A stretch of DNA of 64,000 bases from an uncultured Thermoplasmata archaeon (GTDB lineage Archaea > Thermoplasmatota > Thermoplasmata > UBA10834): the NCBI GenBank assembly GCA_963719945.1, contig CAVRDX010000004.1, positions 181,959-245,958 of the forward strand, in the 5' to 3' direction. The translations under genes and the position numbers were made by a program. Within the stretch, counting starts at the first letter, position 1. Every line of letters begins with the position of its first letter. The notes under the pieces were generated by a model, which made no database searches, was not told the DNA's origin, and was given only the letters and a program-made list of their open reading frames with translations. Below, piece by piece: positions 57,632 to 64,000 of the stretch.

Positions 57632-58651
57632 CCGAGGTTTGAACCTCTTCCCTTTCAGTTTGTAGTAAGTCAATGGATGATTCATCCAATCCTTCTTGCA
57701 CAGCGAATCAGGGTCGAAGCAGATGCCATAGCTCTTCATGGTGCTGCATTCGGGTGGAGTGTACTCCGTCCCTGAGATCTCCCCAGTGATGTGCTGTATC
57801 TGGTACCGGGACTTGCTCTCGTCGAAGTCAGGGGCCGATGAGAACGTCTCCAGGACCTCGTCCGAGTTCATTCCCAACGTGTGCAGGAACGACACCAATG
57901 CGAACCTCCCGGTGTGCGGGACGTTCTCTCCGCCCTGTATCATGCTGAGGAGCTTCTTCATGCATGGTGGGAATCTTATGATGCTCACCTTCCCCATGCT
58001 CCTCGCCTTGAACTCTGCCCGTTTCTCCTCCATGATCTTGCTTATGATCGCGATATCCTGGGAGAATGCGTTCATGATGTCATCGTTGACTGCGAGCGGA
58101 AGCTCGGACGAGATCTTCTCCGTGAGCATCTGCTGGATGAGTCTTACCAGTCGCTGCTTTGTGACGATGACCCTACCTTCGTGCAGCCGCTGATTGATCA
58201 GCTTCCAATCCTTGCTCCTCATCGCTGCCGAGAACCTCAGGAAGTCGGTGAAATCGACGGAGATGACATCCTCATCCACCGAGACATTCAGTCCGAGCTC
58301 CTCAGCGACAGATTTGATGAATGTCAGCTCTTCTGTCCTCAGATGCTTGTCCGCCTTCTTCGCCTCGGCGATTGCGTACCTGTTCACAAGCATCTGATCG
58401 GTCACGGCCGATACTATCATCCTCGCGACGGGATAGCTCAATAATTCGTTGTTCGCATCTACTGCCGACGCCATCGGATGGTCCTCGATCATGCCATTCT
58501 CCAGCGCTTCCATGACCCGCTCCTTACCCATGAACCGGGCCCTTTCATATGCCACGCTGGTCGTGAGCTTATTGAGATCGACTCCAGTCTCCTTAAGGTA
58601 TGCAGATGCACCCTTCAGGAACGGATACTTCGCCGCCAGCTTGACATCCAC
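57620..58651 (-). CDS. priL: DNA primase large subunit
   Basis: AKYPFL, FPPCM, PDFDE..SRYQI.HI, YTPPEC..MKSYGIC, HPL.YY. Confidence 0.94.
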   Translation of the reverse strand: MDVKLAAKYPFLKGASAYLKETGVDLNKLTTSVAYERARFMGKERVMEALENGMIEDHPMASAVDANNELLSYPVARMIVSAVTDQMLVNRYAIAEAKKADKHLRTEELTFIKSVAEELGLNVSVDEDVISVDFTDFLRFSAAMRSKDWKLINQRLHEGRVIVTKQRLVRLIQQMLTEKISSELPLAVNDDIMNAFSQDIAIISKIMEEKRAEFKARSMGKVSIIRFPPCMKKLLSMIQGGENVPHTGRFALVSFLHTLGMNSDEVLETFSSAPDFDESKSRYQIQHITGEISGTEYTPPECSTMKSYGICFDPDSLCKKDWMNHPLTYYKLKGKRFKPRSRK

Positions 58652-58706
58652 GCCGTCCTCTCTCCTCTCTACTCGAATCGCTGCTCTGATTACAATAACT
58701 TGACTG

Positions 58707-60344
58707 CTACGTTCTCTCTACATCTCCGCACACCAGATATGATCGTGCCGATGCGAGGGCGGTCTCCTCATCGAATATCTGCCAGAGGTCCTGGGGATCA
58801 TCGAAGGGCCGCTTCCTCATTATCGTCATGGCCCTCTTCCTGCCTATCCCAGGGATCGCTTCGAGCATCGCCATCGATGCGGTGTTCGCATTCGTCGGAT
58901 ATGCTATCCCTGTCACGCTCCTTGGGCCGCTTCCGATGATCGCGACATCGATGTCCGCTCCTATCTCGAATGCATATGGCAGACCGACCAAGAGCGGGTA
59001 TGTGCCGATCTGTCTCCCGAAGGTCCTTCCACCCTCCCTCAGTTCCGTATGTACACTCCTGAGAACGGAACCACTCGGCAGGAGTCTCTCCAGCATGGGC
59101 TGGTCGATCTGTTCCCTCACATCTCTCTTGAACTTCTCGAACTCCTTGCGATGCCTGACGCCGGGTGAATCTGCACGGTAGGGTACCACCTGCCGTATGT
59201 TTATGCGTCTGAGGAGGAGCCCTTCGTCCACGACTCTCCTCAGGAATTGGAAATTGAGTGCATAGGTCTGCTTGGATTCCCCGTCGAGGCCACATACGAA
59301 ATTGATGCCTGGCAGAACATGAGGCAGACCGGACGGACCGATCGCCCTTCCCAATTCGTTGACGATCCTTATCGCTTCGATCGCCTGTTCCGCGGATGCG
59401 TTCAGATTGTTCGCCTCCGCGACCTTCGGGTCCGCTGATTCCAATCCGAAGGCAAGGACATTGCCGCTCGTGCAGTTCTCCACGATCGCCCTCAAGATCT
59501 TTCGCGACTCATCTGGATGCGATGCTATCACTGCGGGGTTCGCATTATCGAGATGGAACACCCTCGGGCACATCGTCTCCTTGACCCCTTTCAATAGGGA
59601 TTCGATCGCCGACACGTTCGGCTTCGGCGTCTCGCTCTTGCCGACTTCTTCTGATTTGTAACAGAATACGCAGGACTGTGCGCCCAGTCTGATGTTCCTG
59701 ACGCCCGCATCGGACAGAGCCGCGACCTCTCTCAAGATGTCCTTCGGTTCGCGAAAGACGACTTCCCCAGACAATGGCTCGATGCAGAACTTGCACCCGC
59801 CGCTGATGTACCTTACGCAACCACGATACATCTGTACCTCGGCGATAAGTGGCCCTCCCGCATCCGGATGGATCGATGAGACCACCGCTCCAGCCTCAAG
59901 CCAGGAATTCCATTCCTTCTGGTCTCTGCGTCTATCCTCGAAAGCCCCACTCGTGGCAAGATCGAAGAGTGCGGCATCGAGGTCCCCTGTCACGATCCGA
60001 TCGAAGGAATCCCTCAGTGCATCTGGTAGCCTGCGCTCGTCAACCCCAAGACTAGCCACTTTCAGGCCCTTGAACGATCCGCAAATCGTGACGAGTTCCT
60101 TATCGCTCGCTGGCATGCCCCTGAGATACTTGCCAGGGACTGCCACCCTTCTGATCACAGCGAGCAGGTCGAAGCCACTGAGATCGTCCTCTCCATTCCT
60201 CCACTGGTCGACTGTCCTGTAGTGGGCCTGCGCTCCCGCCTTCGCGAGCGCGCCGAAAGCCAGTCTGGCATAGGGAGAGATGTACGGCGGGACACCAAGG
60301 CACGCAGGCTCATCGGTGTACCCGTCGAGGACGAGGGCTCTCAT
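58707..60344 (-). CDS. Archaeal radical SAM protein with C-terminal helix-hairpin-helix
   Basis: LDGYTDEPACLGVPPYISPY, RGCVRYISGGCKFC, FGLESAD, RRINIRQV, IPGIGRKRA. Confidence 0.88.
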   Translation of the reverse strand: MRALVLDGYTDEPACLGVPPYISPYARLAFGALAKAGAQAHYRTVDQWRNGEDDLSGFDLLAVIRRVAVPGKYLRGMPASDKELVTICGSFKGLKVASLGVDERRLPDALRDSFDRIVTGDLDAALFDLATSGAFEDRRRDQKEWNSWLEAGAVVSSIHPDAGGPLIAEVQMYRGCVRYISGGCKFCIEPLSGEVVFREPKDILREVAALSDAGVRNIRLGAQSCVFCYKSEEVGKSETPKPNVSAIESLLKGVKETMCPRVFHLDNANPAVIASHPDESRKILRAIVENCTSGNVLAFGLESADPKVAEANNLNASAEQAIEAIRIVNELGRAIGPSGLPHVLPGINFVCGLDGESKQTYALNFQFLRRVVDEGLLLRRINIRQVVPYRADSPGVRHRKEFEKFKRDVREQIDQPMLERLLPSGSVLRSVHTELREGGRTFGRQIGTYPLLVGLPYAFEIGADIDVAIIGSGPRSVTGIAYPTNANTASMAMLEAIPGIGRKRAMTIMRKRPFDDPQDLWQIFDEETALASARSYLVCGDVERT

Positions 60345-60567
60345 CGTCGCTGTGAACGATTCCGTCCACATAATATGTTCCTATTTCGTCGGCCATGTCT
60401 GACCCGTTCCACCAAGCGCCCTCGTGTAACATGATAATCTATTAATCCGTCGAAATAATCATGTCTTCATAGCAATAACCGTAACAAACGACCATATCGG
60501 TTGTTCGAAATCGGAAAGTCAACCAACGAGTTTCGACATTAACACAGACATAAAGGGGTAGAATCGA

Positions 60568-62004
60568 ATGGCAAAGAAATCCAAACCGGCCAGTAGGAAG
60601 GCCGTGAAGAAGGCGCCCGCCAAGAAGAAGGCGGTCAAGTCCAAGGCGAAGGCAAAGCCCGCGAAACCGGTATCCGTTGAAGACATGCTGAAGAAGGCAT
60701 ACGAACCGGCCAGACTCGCGATGATCTACCACCCGTTCTACGAGGGTAAGATCGAGATCACGCCCAAGTGTTGCGTGAGAGACTTCAACGACTTCGCCAT
60801 CTGGTACACGCCAGGTGTGGCAGAGCCATGCAAGGCGATCAACAAGGACAAGGAACTGTCGTACGTCCACACGAACAGATGGAACACGGTCGCTGTCGTA
60901 TCCGACGGCACGAGGGTTCTGGGTCTCGGCGACATCGGCCCCGAGGCTGGAATGCCAGTCATGGAGGGCAAGTCTCTCCTGTTCAAGTACCTCGGCGGCG
61001 TCGACGCATATCCGCTATGCCTCGGTACGAAGGATCCAGAGGAGATCATAAACACGGTCAAGCTGCTGCAGCCATCCCTCGGTGGAGTCAACCTCGAGGA
61101 TATCTCACAGCCAAAGTGCTTCTACATACTCGAGCGCTTGAGGAAGGAGTGCGAAATCCCAGTCTGGCACGATGACCAGCAGGGTACCGGCACGATCGTC
61201 GCTGCCGGTGCAGTGAACGCCGCGAAGATGGTGGGCAAGAAGCCATCCCAGATGAAGGCGGTCTTCATCGGCGCGGGTGCTGCGAACATCGCCATATCCA
61301 GGATCATGCAGGTCTCCGGATTCAAGTGGGAGAACATGATCATGTGTGATTCGAAGGGAACCCTCCACCTCGGCAGAGAGGAAGTCAAGGCCGAGTTCAA
61401 GGAGAAGTGGTTCATGTGCGAGAACTCCAACAAGGAAGGAGTCGTCGGTACGCCACAGGATGCGATGAAGGGTGCCGATATCGTCGTCGCAGCTTCGAAG
61501 CCAGGCCCCGGCACAGTCAAGCCGGAGTGGATCAAGGGCATGGCAGACGACTCGATCGTGTTCGCCACAGCCAACCCGATACCTGAGATATGGCCATGGG
61601 AGGCGAAGGAGGCCGGCGCGAAGATCGTCGCGACTGGCAGGTCAGACTTCCCGAACCAGGTCAACAACTCTCTAGGGTTCCCAGGCATATTCAGAGGAAC
61701 TCTCGATGTCAGGGCCAAGACCATCTCCGACACGATGTGTCTGGCAGCCGTCCTTGAGATCGCGAAGACCGCGGAGGACAAAGGCCTCACCGAGGAATAC
61801 ATCGTCCCGACCATGGACGAATGGGAAGTGTTCCCGAGAGAGGCGGCGGCCGTCGGTAGGGCAGCCATCAAGGAAGGCATCGCGAGGGTCAAGCTCAGCA
61901 GACAGGAACTCTACGAAAAGGCGGAGAATATCATCAGACGCGCAAGGAACCAGACCAAGTACCTGATGAAGGGCGGATACATCCTCCCGCCACCTAAGGC
62001 GTAG
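60568..62004 (+). CDS. NAD(P)-dependent malic enzyme
   Basis: YTPGVA, DGTRVLGLGDIG, VMEGK, HDDQQGT, TGRSDFPNQVNN. Confidence 0.95.
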   Translation: MAKKSKPASRKAVKKAPAKKKAVKSKAKAKPAKPVSVEDMLKKAYEPARLAMIYHPFYEGKIEITPKCCVRDFNDFAIWYTPGVAEPCKAINKDKELSYVHTNRWNTVAVVSDGTRVLGLGDIGPEAGMPVMEGKSLLFKYLGGVDAYPLCLGTKDPEEIINTVKLLQPSLGGVNLEDISQPKCFYILERLRKECEIPVWHDDQQGTGTIVAAGAVNAAKMVGKKPSQMKAVFIGAGAANIAISRIMQVSGFKWENMIMCDSKGTLHLGREEVKAEFKEKWFMCENSNKEGVVGTPQDAMKGADIVVAASKPGPGTVKPEWIKGMADDSIVFATANPIPEIWPWEAKEAGAKIVATGRSDFPNQVNNSLGFPGIFRGTLDVRAKTISDTMCLAAVLEIAKTAEDKGLTEEYIVPTMDEWEVFPREAAAVGRAAIKEGIARVKLSRQELYEKAENIIRRARNQTKYLMKGGYILPPPKA

Positions 62005-62121
62005 GATCCTGGCCAACGGGCCCTTAAACCCTTTCAGAAAACCCTTATTCTTTCAATTTCTGAACCGATAGATCTTCTGCAGAGCATCCGCTATCTTCTA
62101 AACTGCGCAAGAATCTGATCT

Positions 62122-62388
62122 TCAGAGCAGTCCCATCTGGACGATCTCCACGCTCTGGACGCCGTCGACTTCGGATATAGCTGCTTCCACCTGGTCGGCG
62201 CCGCCCTTCTTGTCGTCCAGGACGATGAGCACGTGCAACGCCTTCAGGCCGAATGCGACAGGTTTCGCTTCAGAAGTCTTGAAGATAGCTCCTTCTGGAA
62301 GTACCTTCTGGATCTCCTTCACCAGATTGTCCAGGTCGACCTCGACACTCTCCGGAAGGATCCTGTACTGTAGACCTACTTCTCCCAT
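62122..62388 (-). CDS. ef1b: Translation elongation factor 1-beta
   Basis: PVAFGLKAL, GVQSVE. Confidence 0.93.
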   Translation of the reverse strand: MGEVGLQYRILPESVEVDLDNLVKEIQKVLPEGAIFKTSEAKPVAFGLKALHVLIVLDDKKGGADQVEAAISEVDGVQSVEIVQMGLL

Positions 62389-62398
62389 GAAAGGCACC

Positions 62399-62569
62399 TC
62401 AAGGTCCGGTGAATCCACATTCGGGACACTTGTACTTGACACTCTGGTCCCTGCAGTTCATGCATCTGCCGATGACAGCGTTCCCGCACTTCGGGCATGG
62501 GAAAGTGGTCTCGGTCTTCCTAACGAGGCGGATGCCGCAAGAGGAGCATTTCTTTTCCTGGTCGCTCAA
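62399..62569 (-). CDS. Small zinc-finger protein (DUF1610/HVO_2753 type)
   Basis: CSSCG, FPCPKCG, RCMNCR, YKCPECGFTGP; conserved position upstream of EF-1beta. Confidence 0.9.
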   Translation of the reverse strand: MSDQEKKCSSCGIRLVRKTETTFPCPKCGNAVIGRCMNCRDQSVKYKCPECGFTGP

Positions 62570-62677
62570 AATTTTCGACCTCGGCGCTGAGGTATAAGCT
62601 ATCTGTATATAACCCTTAGTGAGCTGGACAATGGTGTTAAATCTCTTGGATACCATTTATGCCAGGGGCCGACGACT

Positions 62678-63145
62678 ATGAAGGGATTGGTCGTTTACGA
62701 TAGCTACTACGGGAATACGAAGGCGGTGGCCGAAGCGATTGCCGAGGAGATCCGTGCGATGGGGCACGAGGCGGTGATGCAATCCGCAAGGGATGGCTTT
62801 CCGAAGGAGATGGATTTTGGTTTCGTGTTCATCGGATCGCCAACGCGCATGACCAAGATGACGGGCCGCACGAAGAAGTTCGTGACGAAGCTCGGAAAGA
62901 GCTCTTGGGGATCCAAACCCGTGTACACATATGATACTATAATGGCCGGAGTGATGGATAACAAAGGCCGTTGGGGTGGAACGGCAGCTCAGAAGCTGCA
63001 CGATCTAGCCAGGGATGTCGGCCTCAATCCAGAGTCACCAGTCCTGCACACAGATGTGACCGAAATGAGGGGGCCGTTGGCAAAGGACGCTCTAGACAAG
63101 GCGAGAGCATATGTACGCGATAGGTTGTCGAAGCTCGACAAATGA
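62678..63145 (+). CDS. Flavodoxin-domain protein
   Basis: VYDSYYGNTKAVAEAIA, IGSPT. Confidence 0.88.
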   Translation: MKGLVVYDSYYGNTKAVAEAIAEEIRAMGHEAVMQSARDGFPKEMDFGFVFIGSPTRMTKMTGRTKKFVTKLGKSSWGSKPVYTYDTIMAGVMDNKGRWGGTAAQKLHDLARDVGLNPESPVLHTDVTEMRGPLAKDALDKARAYVRDRLSKLDK

Positions 63146-63405
63146 CGATGCACCCACAATCTGATCATCTGGCTATGTGTAGAGTCGATGTCAGTCTTGT
63201 CAGCATGTCAAGTCGTGACAATGGTGCAGTTAATAATGTTTGCCCAAGAACACGATTATTATATTCCTATTATTATAGGGCGATACATCAAATATATGCC
63301 GTTCGGTGGAGGAGTCGGCTCAAACCAGTTGATGGGTGAAAGTCATTAAATACTTGAACGAACTACACGGCCTGCTAACGCAGCCTAGGGTATCTACGCC
63401 GCCCA

Positions 63406-63549
63406 GGGCCCGTAGCTCAGCTAGGTAGGAATCTCATGCATTCTCGATGTTATGGTTTCCCTAGAAAGAGCATCTGCCTTTTAAGCAGGTGGCCCGGGGT
63501 TCGAATGACTAAGCCATACAGACTAGTCTCGGAAATCCCCGCGGGCCCG
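63406..63549 (+). tRNA. tRNA-Lys(TTT) with two non-canonical introns (63427-63466 at 20/21; 63506-63535 at 59/60)
   Basis: Removing both inserts gives GGGCCCG TA GCTC AGCTAGGTA GAGC A TCTGC CTTTTAA GCAGG TGGCC CGGGG TTCGAAT CCCCG CGGGCCC G, a complete cloverleaf; both junctions fold as bulge-helix-bulge or bulge-helix-loop. Confidence 0.92.
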
Positions 63550-63635
63550 CCGGGCGTCGAATGCGGACCGATGGAGAAACGGAACGAATCCCACGGTTTC
63601 CATGTGGAATACCCTTCGCCAGTATGGTGATTTGG

Positions 63636-63893
63636 ATGGCCGGAGAATTTAACGTCTTGGAGCATGAGCTCGTACCCGAGCATCATCTTCTGTCGGAGAA
63701 GGAGGCCGAGAAGGTCCTTAAGCAGCTGAAGCTTACGAAGGACCAGCTTCCGAAGACAAGGATAACTGACCCATGCATCCGCACGCTCGATGCGATTGCT
63801 GGGCCAGTCGAAGAGGGAATGGTAGTCAAGATCGTTAGGCGCAGCTCAACGAGCGGCGTGTCGATCTGTTATAGACTTGTAGTGCGGGGGTGA
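63636..63893 (+). CDS. rpoH: RNA polymerase subunit H (Rpo5)
   Basis: HELVPEH.LL, QLPK...DP, VVKIVRRS, YRLV. Confidence 0.95.
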   Translation: MAGEFNVLEHELVPEHHLLSEKEAEKVLKQLKLTKDQLPKTRITDPCIRTLDAIAGPVEEGMVVKIVRRSSTSGVSICYRLVVRG

Positions 63894-63897
63894 ACCC

Positions 63898-64000
63898 TTG
63901 AGGGAACTTGTTGAAACCTATTTCAGGGAAAGAAGTATAGTCAACCATCACACAGCGTCGTACAATGATTTCCTGCCGACGATAGACCATCCGAACAGCA
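63898..64000 (+). CDS. rpoB: RNA polymerase subunit B (5' fragment; continues beyond window)
   Basis: TTG start; MRELVETYFRERSIVNHHTASYNDFL; directly after rpoH. Confidence 0.85.
   Translation, partial: MRELVETYFRERSIVNHHTASYNDFLPTIDHPNS

Noticed and set aside
63596-63612. TTCCA-TG-TGGAA palindrome resembling a mini-ORB upstream of rpoH
   Set aside because: Single copy, spacing differs from the ORB consensus and there is no G-string; not enough for a call.
4420-63960. Thr at positions where I expect Ile (TFB AAMTYRK, RpoH LPKTR, RpoB NHHTAS), which together with the odd IleRS suggested codon reassignment
   Set aside because: The codons differ (ACT and ACA), and ACA encodes conserved Thr in GuaA ([14 protein letters not shown]). 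More likely ordinary substitutions or base-call errors.
1-64000. CRISPR arrays, transposases, integrases, rRNA, SRP RNA or RNase P RNA
   Set aside because: I recognised no regularly spaced repeats, mobile-element proteins or matching RNA signatures.

Overview
Core-genome segment of an archaeon, most likely Thermoplasmatota. That placement is inferred from gene content and order (AsnRS, split GMP synthase, ftsZ-ftsZ-secE-spt5-rpl11, RHH-ftsZ2) and was not confirmed by a search. The window holds about 70 mostly housekeeping genes for transcription, translation, RNA processing, cell division, replication, and amino-acid, purine and cofactor metabolism, plus two tRNAs. I found no transposase, integrase or CRISPR array. 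Two observations stand out. (1) A tRNA-Lys(UUU) at 63406-63549 carries two non-canonical introns (20/21 and 59/60), although the splicing endonuclease in the window is a plain alpha2 type. (2) A full-length, intact IleRS-family protein has lost both class-I ATP-binding signatures (HIGH->HFGD, KMSKS->KMRNV) but keeps its amino-acid-pocket, editing and tRNA-binding regions, so it is a candidate pseudo-synthetase. Other points: Spt5 fused to an Ig-like domain, a TBP remnant bordering a small accessory block, three FtsZ genes, a tandem-RHH regulator with phased palindromes, a bacterial-type GAPDH, two small proteins missed by the ORF track, a probable CTG start, and a frameshift upstream of purE. 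All assignments come from motif recognition by eye.
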